A stretch of 52,289 bases of DNA from an uncultured Chitinophagaceae bacterium. GTDB lineage: Bacteria > Bacteroidota > Ignavibacteria > UBA10030 > UBA8401. Shown here one piece after another: positions 1 to 9,980 of the stretch (position 1 is the stretch's first letter; every line of letters starts with the position of its first letter). The notes below the pieces were generated by a model, which saw nothing but the letters and a program-made list of their open reading frames with translations, ran no database searches and was not told the origin of the DNA. The stretch is taken from the NCBI GenBank assembly GCA_964596155.1, contig CAZQSI010000014.1, positions 1 to 52,289 on the forward strand, written 5' to 3'. Made by a program: the position numbers and the translations under genes.

Positions 1-793
1 AAAAACCTGTCCGGGTCGGATTTAATCCTACCGACTCAATTTTAATTTCTGAACCCGGAACAATCAGTGCTGCGACAACAAAGAATGCCGCCGAGGAGGG
101 ATCGCCGGGTATTAAAAATGATGCCGCTTGAAGTTCTTTTCCGCCTTCAACCGATATGACACTTTTTCCGTCAGCGTTCTCTGATGTTAAGTGCAGCATC
201 CGCTCCGTATGATCGCGCGATGGTTCATTTTCAATCACTCTGGTGATGCCGTCCGCATACAATCCAGCAAATAAAATTGCAGATTTTACCTGTGCACTTG
301 CAATGGTCATCGTATGGTCGATGGCCGTTAAGCGGTCTGCAGGTTGGATAGTCAACGGAGCAGTAAATCGATCCGATGCGGAGATCGTTGCTCCCATCTT
401 CGCAAGAGGATCAATAATACGCTTCATCGGCCGCTGCATCAGATAGCGGTCTCCGATCAGAGTGCTGGAGAACGCTTGTCCGGCAAGAATCCCCGCCATT
501 AAGCGCATTGTCGTCCCTGAATTGCCAGCATCCAGCGGACCGGGCGATTGCCGCAAACCGCGCAAACCTTTCCCGTGAATATGTATTGCTTCCCCGTCGA
601 TTTCATGTTTCACACCAAGTGACTGAAAGCAAGATACCGTGCTCAACGGATCTGCGGCATTGAGAAAACCTGTAATCTCCGTCGTTCCCTGAGAAATTGC
701 TCCGATCATTACGGACCGATGAGAAATAGATTTGTCGCCGGGTACTCGGAGTTCTCCCCGCAGCGGTTTTGAAGTTTGAATTTCCTTATCCAT
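1..793 (-). CDS. aroA: 3-phosphoshikimate 1-carboxyvinyltransferase (EPSP synthase), 3' end runs off the window
   Basis: Manual translation from ATG at 793: MDKEIQTSKPLRGELRVPGDKSISHRS...LDAGNSGTTMRL...RPMKRII...ASAQVKSAILFAGL...SRDHTERML...PGDPSSAAFF, all class II AroA motifs. Missing from the ORF track because it is truncated. Confidence 0.95.
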   Translation of the reverse strand, partial: MDKEIQTSKPLRGELRVPGDKSISHRSVMIGAISQGTTEITGFLNAADPLSTVSCFQSLGVKHEIDGEAIHIHGKGLRGLRQSPGPLDAGNSGTTMRLMAGILAGQAFSSTLIGDRYLMQRPMKRIIDPLAKMGATISASDRFTAPLTIQPADRLTAIDHTMTIASAQVKSAILFAGLYADGITRVIENEPSRDHTERMLHLTSENADGKSVISVEGGKELQAASFLIPGDPSSAAFFVVAALIVPGSEIKIESVGLNPTRTGF

Positions 794-845
794 GCACTTT
801 CAGCAACCTGCGATCACCGCGGATCTTCGGTGTAATAAATTTTGT

Positions 846-876
846 AAAAAAAAAATCCCCAACGGCTGTTGGGGAT
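846..876 (-). terminator. Intrinsic terminator downstream of pnp
   Basis: Minus strand ATCCCCAAC-agcc-GTTGGGGAT (9-bp perfect stem) followed by a long T run, just after the pnp stop. Confidence 0.85.
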
Positions 877-893
877 GGTGATACCATGATGCC

Positions 894-3023
894 TTACTTT
901 ACCGGTTGAGGTTCAGGAGCAGGAGCAGCATCTTTTTTCTCCTGCGTCATTAACGCCTTCCTACTGAGATTTAGTCTTCCTTTTTCATCAATCTCAAGTA
1001 ATATTACTTCGATGACGTCGCCGACTTTTACAACATCGGAAACTTTTGCAACGCGTTTGACATCCAGCTGAGAAATGTGAATCAAACCTTCTTTGCCGGG
1101 AAGGATTTCAGCAAAGGCGCCGAAATCCATAATGCGCTTCACCGTCGCTTTATAAATTGTTCCCGGTTCGGGAACAGCGGTAATTGCATTGATCAGCGCA
1201 AGTGCTTTGTCGCTTGCTTCCTTCGTTGTTGCGGCAATTTGGATTGAGCCATCATCTTCAATGTTGATGGACGTCGCACCGGAATCCGCCACAATACTCC
1301 GAATCATTTTCCCGCCCGGTCCGATGACAGAGCCAATCAGATCCGTCGGGATTTTTATCGTCGTAAATCGCGGCGCATACGAACTTAATGCCCCGCGCGG
1401 TTTGTCGACAGCAGCATTCATTTTTTCCAGCTTGTGTAATCTGCCTGCTTTTGCCTGCTCCAGCGCTGTTTTCATAATCTCAAGCGTAATGCCTTGAATT
1501 TTAATATCCATCTGAAATGCGGTAATTCCATCGACGGTTCCGGCCACTTTAAAATCCATATCGCCGAGATGATCTTCGTCGCCGAGGATGTCGCTTAAAA
1601 TCGCCACACGGTCATTTTCTTTCACCAATCCCATTGCAATTCCCGCACATGCCTTTTTAAGCGGCACACCTGCATCGAACAATGCAAGAGAACCGGCGCA
1701 GACCGTTGCCATGGAAGAAGATCCGTTCGACTCAAGAATGTCCGAAACGATTCGAATCGTATAAGGAAATTCTTTTTCGTCCGCTATCAAATTTTTCAAA
1801 GCCCGTTCCGCAAGATTTCCATGTCCTATTTCGCGGCGGCCCGTTGTTCCAAGGCGTCCAACCTCTCCGACACTGAACGGCGGAAAATTATAATGCAGCA
1901 TGAACCGGCGGGGTTTGAATTCAATCAAACCGTCCGTGTTTTGTTCGTCATCCTTTGTTCCCAGCGTGACAGTTGTGAGCGACTGTGTTTCGCCGCGGGT
2001 GAACAATGCCGAACCATGCGCCCGAGGAAGCACAGCAGTTTCGATAGTAATGGTGCGGACATCGGCAAGACCACGGCCGTCAAGGCGTTTTTTCTCGCCG
2101 AGAATCATTTCGCGCATTTCACGTTTTTCGATGTCGTGAATAATTTCCTGAATCGTCTCTTCCTGTTCGGGATATTTTTCTTTCAGCGATTCCAGAACAC
2201 CTTCAACAATTTCATTGCGGCGGGCAGAGCGTTCATCCTTCGCACTGACAGTGTGTGCTGCAGTTCGTAGCTGTTCCGCAGCAAGCTTTTGGACATCGCT
2301 CAATAATGCCTGATCGAATACTTTCGGTTCAACGACACGCTTTGTCACCTTCACAGCGGCGGCGAATTCTTTCTGAATCTGACAAATCTTTTTGATTGCT
2401 TCATGACCGAATGCAAGAGCAGCGAGCATATCCTCTTCCGATATTTCTCTCGACTCCCCTTCCACCATCAGAATGGAGCTCTCGGTGCCGGCAACCGTCA
2501 CGTCCATATCGCTCAATTCAAGTTCGGCGAATGTCGGATTTATTAAAAACGAACCGTTCAACCGTCCCACACGCACTTCTGCGATCGGACCCTGAAACGG
2601 TGAATCGGAGATCATCAATGCGGCCGACGCGGCGCAAGCACCGAGGACATCGGCATCATTCTGTTGATCCGATGAATATACGGTCACAATGACCTGGGTA
2701 TCGCAATGATAGTTTTCCGGAAACATCGGCCGAATCGGTCGATCAATCAACCTGGCGGACAATATTTCCTTGTCCGACGGGCGCCCTTCCCTCTTCAAAT
2801 AACCGCCGGGGATCTTTCCTGCAGCGGATAATTTTTCTCTGAATTCCACTTGAAGGGGAAAATAATCAGCACCTTCTTTTGGCTTTTTGGCAGAGACAAC
2901 TGTAGCCAATACCATGGTGTCCGCATATCGGATCATCACCGCGCCGTCTGCCTGTTTGGCAAACCGGCCTGTTTCAAATTCCAGATCGTACTTGCCGATC
3001 GTGGCGCTCTTTTTTACTATCAT
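894..3023 (-). CDS. pnp: Polyribonucleotide nucleotidyltransferase (PNPase)
   Basis: Two RNase PH domains (RLIDRPIRPMF; RREIGHGNLA; SDILESNGSSSMA; EDHLGDMDFKVAG), KH (VIGPGGKMI) and S1 domains; follows rpsO. Confidence 0.98.
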   Translation of the reverse strand: MIVKKSATIGKYDLEFETGRFAKQADGAVMIRYADTMVLATVVSAKKPKEGADYFPLQVEFREKLSAAGKIPGGYLKREGRPSDKEILSARLIDRPIRPMFPENYHCDTQVIVTVYSSDQQNDADVLGACAASAALMISDSPFQGPIAEVRVGRLNGSFLINPTFAELELSDMDVTVAGTESSILMVEGESREISEEDMLAALAFGHEAIKKICQIQKEFAAAVKVTKRVVEPKVFDQALLSDVQKLAAEQLRTAAHTVSAKDERSARRNEIVEGVLESLKEKYPEQEETIQEIIHDIEKREMREMILGEKKRLDGRGLADVRTITIETAVLPRAHGSALFTRGETQSLTTVTLGTKDDEQNTDGLIEFKPRRFMLHYNFPPFSVGEVGRLGTTGRREIGHGNLAERALKNLIADEKEFPYTIRIVSDILESNGSSSMATVCAGSLALFDAGVPLKKACAGIAMGLVKENDRVAILSDILGDEDHLGDMDFKVAGTVDGITAFQMDIKIQGITLEIMKTALEQAKAGRLHKLEKMNAAVDKPRGALSSYAPRFTTIKIPTDLIGSVIGPGGKMIRSIVADSGATSINIEDDGSIQIAATTKEASDKALALINAITAVPEPGTIYKATVKRIMDFGAFAEILPGKEGLIHISQLDVKRVAKVSDVVKVGDVIEVILLEIDEKGRLNLSRKALMTQEKKDAAPAPEPQPVK

Positions 3024-3067
3024 ATTATTTTCTTCTTTTCTGTGTACAGTAATTTCGTGTGAATAGC

Positions 3068-3337
3068 TTATTTACGTATCGACAATTCGCCGATAATTTT
3101 CCGATATCGATTGATATCTTTTTTCATCAGATAATCGAGAAGACGTCGGCGTTTTCCGACCATTCTCAACAACCCCACCCGGGAATGATTATCCTTTTTG
3201 AACTTTGCGAAATGGTCCGACAGGGAATTGATATTCGCCGTAAGAATTGCGATCTGCACTTCGGGTAAACCTGTATCGTTTGCACCCTTGCCGAACTTCT
3301 TGACGAATTCCTGTTTTTGTTCCTTTGTGATTGCCAT
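3068..3337 (-). CDS. rpsO: 30S ribosomal protein S15
   Basis: 89 aa with [13 protein letters not shown]...[22 protein letters not shown]. Confidence 0.98.
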   Translation of the reverse strand: MAITKEQKQEFVKKFGKGANDTGLPEVQIAILTANINSLSDHFAKFKKDNHSRVGLLRMVGKRRRLLDYLMKKDINRYRKIIGELSIRK

Positions 3338-3351
3338 TGGTACTCCTTTTA

Positions 3352-4299
3352 TTAAGATATTTGATTATGTTGTTCTAAAATTTTTGAAATTACAATTTTG
3401 TCGTTCCCCATCTCCTTGATCAAATCGTCCACCGACTCGAATTTTTTTTCGCTTCGCGTTCTGGCAATGCATTGAACGGTCACCGTTTCATCGTAAATGT
3501 CTTTATCGAAATTAAAGATGTTTACCTCGATTGTGCGTTCCTGAGCATCGCCGAATGTCGGATTGTGGCCGATACTCATCATTCCGCCATACCACATTCC
3601 TTCCACATTGATTCTGACCGCATAAATCCCGATGCGGGGAACCATTTTTTTCCGGTTATCAAGAGCAATGTTTGCCGTAGGATACCCAAGTTGTTTTCCT
3701 CGTCCAAATCCGCGGACCACAACACCGGAAAACTGATACTGATACCCCAGCATGGCATTTGCTAACGGTACGTCACCTTCACGGAGTGCATTTCTGATAG
3801 CGGAACTGCTGATTTCGTGCTCTCCTTCCTTCATCATTGAAACGACTTCCGAGGAGAAACCGAACTTAGCACTCAGTGCAGCTACCTGACGCATACCGCC
3901 TTCACGATCTCGTCCGAATTGATGATTGTACCCTTCAACAACACCGGTCACACCCACACCCTCAATGATGTATGTCGAATAAAACTCCGTAAAGGAGAGT
4001 CGTGAAAACTCATATGTAAATGGAATGATAAAAACTGCATCAACTCCAAATTTTTCAATACGATAGAGCTTTTCATTCAATGTAGATAATACTTCTATCG
4101 TACGCTTACCATTCGAAACCACTTCTCCAGGATGAGGATCGAATGTCACAATCATGCTTCTTCCGCTTCTGTTCCTAGCCTGATCAACCACTTTGTTGAT
4201 GATGGACTGGTGCGCCTTATGGACACCATCAAACATCCCTATGGATAGTGATGTATTTTTCTGAAACGGAACGTCTTTAAGCGAAGAATAAATTATCAT
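3352..4299 (-). CDS. ribF: Bifunctional riboflavin kinase/FAD synthetase
   Basis: [37 protein letters not shown] and IEVNIFNF motifs. Confidence 0.97.
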   Translation of the reverse strand: MIIYSSLKDVPFQKNTSLSIGMFDGVHKAHQSIINKVVDQARNRSGRSMIVTFDPHPGEVVSNGKRTIEVLSTLNEKLYRIEKFGVDAVFIIPFTYEFSRLSFTEFYSTYIIEGVGVTGVVEGYNHQFGRDREGGMRQVAALSAKFGFSSEVVSMMKEGEHEISSSAIRNALREGDVPLANAMLGYQYQFSGVVVRGFGRGKQLGYPTANIALDNRKKMVPRIGIYAVRINVEGMWYGGMMSIGHNPTFGDAQERTIEVNIFNFDKDIYDETVTVQCIARTRSEKKFESVDDLIKEMGNDKIVISKILEQHNQIS

Positions 4300-5015
4300 A
4301 CCTGCGGTACCACAGGATGAAGTTTAGCATTTAATGTATGCAATTGATCTATTCCCAGAGCATCCGATAATGAAAAATCACCGATCATCGTTCTGGTTAA
4401 CCGTTTCAAGTACGCACCGCAGCCGAGTGTTTCTCCGAGATCATTCGCCAAAGCTCTTATATACGTGCCTTTGGAGCAGACAACTCTAAATTCCGCCAGC
4501 GGCGGATTCCAGGCGATCAAATTAAATGCCTTGATTTCAATTTCCCGTGTCGATCTGCTCACTTCTTTACCTTTTCGCGCATCCTTATAAAGCCTTCGTC
4601 CATTCTTTTTAATAGCCGAATACATCGGAGGAAGCTGCTGCTGTTTACCTAAAAAAGATTCCATTGCACGGTGGATTTTATTTTCGTCTACTAAGCTAAT
4701 ATCATTGGTTTCAAAGATTTCCGTCTCCGAATCAAAGCTTTTTGTACGGGATCCCAATTCCATTGCACCCGTATATTCTTTTTCCAGACCGACAATACTA
4801 TCAATATTTTTGGTCATTTTACCGGTGCAGACGATTAACAATCCCGTTGCTTTAGGATCCAGCGTCCCTGCATGTCCCACCTTTTTAATCTCAAACATTG
4901 TCCGGATTCTTGCAACCACATCAAATGAGGTCCAATCAATCGGTTTATTGACCAGAATGATCTCTCCTTCTTCAAAATCCAGACGCTGCTTTTCTCCCGC
5001 ATGTACCCACATCAC
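4296..5015 (-). CDS. truB: tRNA pseudouridine(55) synthase
   Basis: [36 protein letters not shown] and [10 protein letters not shown] motifs. Confidence 0.97.
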   Translation of the reverse strand: MMWVHAGEKQRLDFEEGEIILVNKPIDWTSFDVVARIRTMFEIKKVGHAGTLDPKATGLLIVCTGKMTKNIDSIVGLEKEYTGAMELGSRTKSFDSETEIFETNDISLVDENKIHRAMESFLGKQQQLPPMYSAIKKNGRRLYKDARKGKEVSRSTREIEIKAFNLIAWNPPLAEFRVVCSKGTYIRALANDLGETLGCGAYLKRLTRTMIGDFSLSDALGIDQLHTLNAKLHPVVPQV

Positions 5016-5371
5016 TCTTCCTTCTTATCCGACTTATGGATCTGCTTTATCAACTCTTCGATATGCATTGCATTGTCCAGAGACGTATCATGATGAAATT
5101 CAATATCCGGCACAAACTTGAGATTAATCCTTGAGCCAAGTTCCGAACGATAGCGTCCTTTGTGTTTCTGGATCTGTTCCATCGTCTTTTCCTGCTTCTC
5201 TTTTGATCCCATGATACTGACGAACACCCGTGCAATACGCAGATCGGGCGTTACGCGGGCTTCGGTCACGGTGGCAAAGCCGTATTCCGTGCTTCCGCTG
5301 TACGCTCTGCTGAGCATTGTTCCCAATTCTTCCCTGATCAGAGAAGCGACCCGTTCGGTTCTGATCGACAT
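5012..5371 (-). CDS. rbfA: Ribosome-binding factor A
   Basis: [13 protein letters not shown]...[19 protein letters not shown]...[12 protein letters not shown]; sits between infB and truB. Confidence 0.95.
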   Translation of the reverse strand: MSIRTERVASLIREELGTMLSRAYSGSTEYGFATVTEARVTPDLRIARVFVSIMGSKEKQEKTMEQIQKHKGRYRSELGSRINLKFVPDIEFHHDTSLDNAMHIEELIKQIHKSDKKEE

Positions 5372-7986
5372 TATGACAACTTTCTTTTTGTTTCTACAAG
5401 TTTATATGATTCGATGATATCGCCAACTTTAACGTCGTTGAAGTTTTCAAGACCCAAACCGCATTCGAATCCTTTGTCCACTTCCTTTACGTCATCCTTG
5501 AACCGACGGAGCGATGCCAATCCGCCCGTAAAGATGCTGACGCCGTCCCGAACCAAACGTACTTTGCTGTTTCGTGAAATCTTGCCGTCGAGAACAAAAC
5601 ACCCTGCAACAAGACCAATCTTCGGTACTTTGAAAGTTTCGCGGACCTCCACGGTTGCGACGACTTCTTCTGTCACTGTCGGAGCCAGCAATCCTTCCAA
5701 GGCATTTTTAATTTCATTAATTGCATCGTAGATGATGCTGTATAGACGGATTTCAACATTTTCTTTTTCTGCAAGTCTTCTCGCATTAAGATTCGGACGA
5801 ACATGGAAACCGACAATGAGCGCCCGTGATGCGGCAGCCAACACGATATCAGATTCTGAAATAGAGCCGACACCTTTATGGATGACTTTAATTTTCACTT
5901 CTTCCGTTGACAGTTTCATCAAGGATTCCGCCAGAGCTTCAACCGAACCGTCCACGTCACCTTTTACGACAATCGACAATTCGCGAACCTGATGCCCCGC
6001 CTGAATCTGCTGGGAGATATCATCCAGCGTCACCATATGCACCTGACGGAAGTCCTGCTCCCGCTTTAATTGCTGTCGCTTTAAGCTGATTTCGCGCGAC
6101 AACCGATCAGATTCAACGGCAATAAATTGATCTCCTGCAGCGGGAATACCGTCAAATCCAAGAATTTGAACAGGGGTCGACGGAGGAGCAGTGGTAACTT
6201 TTCTGCCGCGTTCGTCATACATAGCTTTTACTTTACCGCTGTAGATACCGCAAATAAACGGATCGCCTACTTTCAGCGTACCTTTTTGCACCAGCACAGT
6301 GCCGATTGTTCCTTTTCCTTTGTCCACCTGAGATTCAACAACAGCACCACGCGCCATCCGATCGGGATTCGCTTTCAAATCCAACACCTCGGCCTCAAGC
6401 AAAATCTTTTCAAGAAGGATATCCATGTTCTTTCCTGATTTTGCAGAAACTTCCACAGACTGATACTTGCCACCCCACTCTTCAACCAGCACACCGCGAT
6501 CCGACAATTGCTGCCTAATCCTGTCGGGATTTGCTTCCGGTTTATCCACTTTATTAATAGCAATGATAATCGGCACATTCGCCGCCTTCGCATGGTTGAT
6601 CGCCTCGATTGTCTGCGGCATGACATTATCTTCCGCCGCAACGACAAGGACAACGATGTCCGTTACCTGTGCACCGCGTGCTCGCATTGCAGTAAATGCT
6701 TCGTGACCCGGTGTATCAAGAAACGCGATATGTTTTCCGCTCGGCAATTCTACTTCATACGCACCGATGTGCTGAGTGATTCCGCCCGATTCGCCGGCAA
6801 CAACATTTGCATTGCGAATGTAATCGAGCATGGATGTTTTACCATGATCCACATGTCCCATGATGGTGACAACGGGAGCACGGGGTTTAAGTGTTTCGGG
6901 AGCGTCCGGCGTATCTTCCAGCGTTTCAACAGTGAACTCCGATTCGAATTCAACCTGCTTGCCGAATTCATCAGCTAGTAAGACAATCGTATCCTTGTCC
7001 AGCCGCTGATTGATGGAGACCATCATTCCGAGACTGATACATTTCGCAATGACATCGGAGGGACGGACATTCATCAAATTTGCAATTTCGCCGACCGACA
7101 CAAATTCTGTTACGCGGATTTTATTCGCTTCCAGCGCCCGTGCTTCTTCCTGTGCCGCCTGTTCTTCTTCGCGTTCCCTCTTCCGTTTTTTTCTGAGCGC
7201 CGCTCTGGTGCTGACAACGGAATCCGCATCATCAAGTTCGGCGAGTGTACGCTTAATTGTTTCGTCAACTTCACCCTGATCAATCTCATACGGACGAAGC
7301 TTTCCTTTTTTCTTGCGTTTTTGTTTTGAATCGCTTTCGCCTTCGGCTTCCACTGCTTTTGAGTCCACCCCGCCGGCGATTTTCTTTTTCTTTTTCTTCT
7401 TCTTCTTCTGCTCTTCGCTTTCTGCAGCGTCAGCGGGAGCACCGGGCTTTGCCGGTTTAGAAGGTCGGTTCGCCGATTTCGGCTTTGCCAACTCCATCTT
7501 TCCCTTTACCGTCAATCCCTTCATTTGCGCAGTGCGATTTGCCCGAAGTGTTTCCAGGGGTGAAGTGGATTTCTCTTCTTCCGTTTTCTCCTCTTCCGGC
7601 TCCTCGAGAGGCTGCGGCAAGACCAAGGCGGGTCCTTCTTCGATTTTCGGTACTTCTTCAGCAACTACCGGTTCCTCAACAACCGCTTCGGCTTCGGACA
7701 GCTTCTTCTCTTCCGCAACAGCCTCTTCCTCCCGTGCTTTCGATTCCGACGAACGACGGCGGGCTTCCTTCATATCAGCAATTTTCCGCTGATGCCGCTC
7801 CGCGATGTCCTTTTCTTTTTTGAAATGCGCGTTAATATCACGCATCATCGTCTCGTCCACAACGGACATGATGTTCTTCACCTGTTTGTAGCCTTTTTTA
7901 TTCAAAAAAGCTACAACATCATTAAAACTGATGTTTAAATCTTTCGCAACATCCTTTACTTTTATTTTCTTTACTGCTTCGGACAT
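5371..7986 (-). CDS. infB: Translation initiation factor IF-2
   Basis: G-domain motifs [28 protein letters not shown] and NKVD; C-terminal [11 protein letters not shown]...ECG. Confidence 0.98.
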   Translation of the reverse strand: MSEAVKKIKVKDVAKDLNISFNDVVAFLNKKGYKQVKNIMSVVDETMMRDINAHFKKEKDIAERHQRKIADMKEARRRSSESKAREEEAVAEEKKLSEAEAVVEEPVVAEEVPKIEEGPALVLPQPLEEPEEEKTEEEKSTSPLETLRANRTAQMKGLTVKGKMELAKPKSANRPSKPAKPGAPADAAESEEQKKKKKKKKKIAGGVDSKAVEAEGESDSKQKRKKKGKLRPYEIDQGEVDETIKRTLAELDDADSVVSTRAALRKKRKREREEEQAAQEEARALEANKIRVTEFVSVGEIANLMNVRPSDVIAKCISLGMMVSINQRLDKDTIVLLADEFGKQVEFESEFTVETLEDTPDAPETLKPRAPVVTIMGHVDHGKTSMLDYIRNANVVAGESGGITQHIGAYEVELPSGKHIAFLDTPGHEAFTAMRARGAQVTDIVVLVVAAEDNVMPQTIEAINHAKAANVPIIIAINKVDKPEANPDRIRQQLSDRGVLVEEWGGKYQSVEVSAKSGKNMDILLEKILLEAEVLDLKANPDRMARGAVVESQVDKGKGTIGTVLVQKGTLKVGDPFICGIYSGKVKAMYDERGRKVTTAPPSTPVQILGFDGIPAAGDQFIAVESDRLSREISLKRQQLKREQDFRQVHMVTLDDISQQIQAGHQVRELSIVVKGDVDGSVEALAESLMKLSTEEVKIKVIHKGVGSISESDIVLAAASRALIVGFHVRPNLNARRLAEKENVEIRLYSIIYDAINEIKNALEGLLAPTVTEEVVATVEVRETFKVPKIGLVAGCFVLDGKISRNSKVRLVRDGVSIFTGGLASLRRFKDDVKEVDKGFECGLGLENFNDVKVGDIIESYKLVETKRKLS

Positions 7987-8011
7987 TAGGTTCCTTTAGG
8001 TTGACGCTGTA

Positions 8012-9343
8012 TTATGAGGCTTCTTTTTCCGTTTCCGAATTTTTTGTTTCCTCTTTCTCATCTACTTTTTCTTCTGCTTTCTCATCCTCTTCATCAGACT
8101 CATCTTCCTCGTCTACCTCAGCTTCTTCATATTCCTTTTTGATGAGCTCAACAATCTCTTTCAATTTTTCTTCTTCAGCACCGATCTCTTCCACAAGATC
8201 GTCAAAGTCGGCATCGATGACTTCCTTTGCTGTCTCATATCCCGCCTCTGCAAACTTGTTATACAGATCTTCGCCGAGTTCTTCCTTGAATTCTTCAAGA
8301 TCAATATCATACTCGCTTCCTTCTTTGACCAGTTGTATGTCGAATCCGGTCAGTTTACTTGCAAGACGGATATTCTGCCCCCCCTTGCCGATAGCCATGG
8401 ATACCTGAGATTCTTCGACCGTGACCACCGCTTTACTGTTTTCTTTATCCAATTCGATATTTTTCAGTTTTGCCGGTGCAAGCGCACGCGTGATGAATGT
8501 CATTCGTTCGGGACTGTAATTGATCACGTCGATATTTTCATTGTTCAATTCACGGACGATCGCGTGAATACGGACACCTTTCATGCCGACACATGCACCG
8601 ACGGCGTCAATCCTGTCATCCGACGATTCCACGGCAACCTTTGCCCGTTCGCCCGGTTCGCGCGCAATTCCTTTAATCTCGATAATGCCGTCGTACACTT
8701 CCGGAATTTCAAGTTCGAACAATCGCTCCAAAAATCTCGGGTCCGTCCGTGAAACGACCACAACGGGATTGCTTGCATTTTTTCTTACTTCTTTTACGAC
8801 ACCGCGGACGGTATCACCCTTCTTGAAGCGCTCTTTTGGGATCTGTTCGCTTCTGGGGAGCAACAATTCGTTTTTGTTGTGCATAATCAGAAGATCGTTG
8901 TTCCGAATCTGATATACCTCACCGACCACAATTTCACCGATCGTGTTTGAATATTCGCTGAAAATAAGTTCTTTTTCAATTTCTTTGATGCGCTGAGAGA
9001 AATTCTGTTTTGCGGTGGTCACCAGCCGGCGGCCAAATTGTGCCAGCGGAACAATTTCAACGTATTCTTCGCCGATCTCCAGATCTTCACCGGATAATTT
9101 CCGTGCTGATTCCACATCAATCTGGGTTGCGGGATTCTCGACCACTTCAACAACCTGCCGCTCGAGATATATTTCAATGTCGCCTTTGTCCATATTGACA
9201 ACAACGTCAAACTGTGCATCAAGACCGTATTTCTTCCGCACCATCATTCCGAAAATATCTTCGACGATCCCGGCCAAAATATCCTTGTCGATGCTTTTAT
9301 CCCGCACTAAACCGGAAAACGATTCGACTATCTCATGATTCAT
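8012..9343 (-). CDS. nusA: Transcription termination/antitermination factor NusA
   Basis: S1 and KH domains (IAREPGERAKVAV, DAVGACVGMKG, AIGKGGQNIRLASKLTG) with an acidic C-terminal tail. Confidence 0.97.
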   Translation of the reverse strand: MNHEIVESFSGLVRDKSIDKDILAGIVEDIFGMMVRKKYGLDAQFDVVVNMDKGDIEIYLERQVVEVVENPATQIDVESARKLSGEDLEIGEEYVEIVPLAQFGRRLVTTAKQNFSQRIKEIEKELIFSEYSNTIGEIVVGEVYQIRNNDLLIMHNKNELLLPRSEQIPKERFKKGDTVRGVVKEVRKNASNPVVVVSRTDPRFLERLFELEIPEVYDGIIEIKGIAREPGERAKVAVESSDDRIDAVGACVGMKGVRIHAIVRELNNENIDVINYSPERMTFITRALAPAKLKNIELDKENSKAVVTVEESQVSMAIGKGGQNIRLASKLTGFDIQLVKEGSEYDIDLEEFKEELGEDLYNKFAEAGYETAKEVIDADFDDLVEEIGAEEEKLKEIVELIKKEYEEAEVDEEDESDEEDEKAEEKVDEKEETKNSETEKEAS

Positions 9344-9369
9344 TGTACTTCTCCCAAAATATGTACACC

Positions 9370-9825
9370 TTACTTGATTTGAGGTATGATAAACGTTTCT
9401 TTAATTTGTGAAAAAGGAATATCGATCAACTTTCCGTTTTTCTTCACCGAAACAGTTTCTTCCGTCACCTGTTCGAGCATTCCTTCCTGAAAAACTTTTT
9501 TTCCTTCGGACACATAAGCAATCTTGCACACACGCCCGATATTCTTCCGGTACTGCCGAAACAGCTTCAGCGGACGGTCCAATCCAGGAGATGAAACATC
9601 CAGACGGTATCTGCCGGGAATTAACTCCATCGTATCAAGTTGTTCCGAGAGTTCCCTGCTGATGGATGAGCAATCGTCGAGCGAAATTCCATCATCCGTA
9701 TCGATGTAAATCTCGACGACTTTGCTTGTTCGTTCACCTCGCAGTGAAACATCAACAATAAAGGCGTGATACCTGTCGGTAATGGGACGAAGAATTTCCG
9801 TAATGTTTTCGGCAACTGAGGGCAT
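9370..9825 (-). CDS. rimP: Ribosome maturation factor RimP; start reassigned from 9960 to ATG 9825 (MPSVAE)
   Basis: VEIYIDTDDGISLDDCSSISREL...YRLDVSSPGLDRPL. The upstream in-frame extension of the ORF-track call overlaps a promoter and leader hairpin, so it is unlikely to be coding. Confidence 0.93.
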   Translation of the reverse strand: MPSVAENITEILRPITDRYHAFIVDVSLRGERTSKVVEIYIDTDDGISLDDCSSISRELSEQLDTMELIPGRYRLDVSSPGLDRPLKLFRQYRKNIGRVCKIAYVSEGKKVFQEGMLEQVTEETVSVKKNGKLIDIPFSQIKETFIIPQIK

Positions 9826-9838
9826 AAATTGACGTATC

Positions 9839-9870
9839 AAAAAAAAGTCCCGCATTTCAGGCGGGACTTT
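9839..9870 (-). terminator. Terminator-like hairpin in the rimP 5' leader (attenuator candidate)
   Basis: Minus strand AAAGTCCCGC-ctgaaat-GCGGGACTTT plus further T residues, 13 nt before the rimP ATG and just downstream of a promoter. Confidence 0.75.
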
Positions 9871-9879
9871 CATTACAAT

Positions 9880-9908
9880 AATATAGTATTCTTTACGTAC
9901 AGTTGCAA
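9880..9908 (-). promoter_or_regulatory. Sigma70-type promoter of the rimP-nusA-infB operon
   Basis: TTGCAA-N17-TATATT on the minus strand (-35 at 9903-9908, -10 at 9880-9885). Confidence 0.7.
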
Positions 9909-9980
9909 GAAATTTATTATTGATTGAATTTAACAACAATTTCCGCTCTTCCTTTCGCACAAAAGCTGATGTCGTAAATG

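Noticed and set aside
7382-7408. Nine consecutive lysine codons in infB as a frameshift site
   Set aside because: AAG and AAA codons are mixed, so there is no long A run, and basic low-complexity tracts are normal in IF2 N-termini.
8001-8408. Ser/Phe-rich 135-aa ORF and similar long antisense ORFs across the core operon
   Set aside because: These mirror Glu/Lys-rich sense-strand sequence; no independent coding signal.
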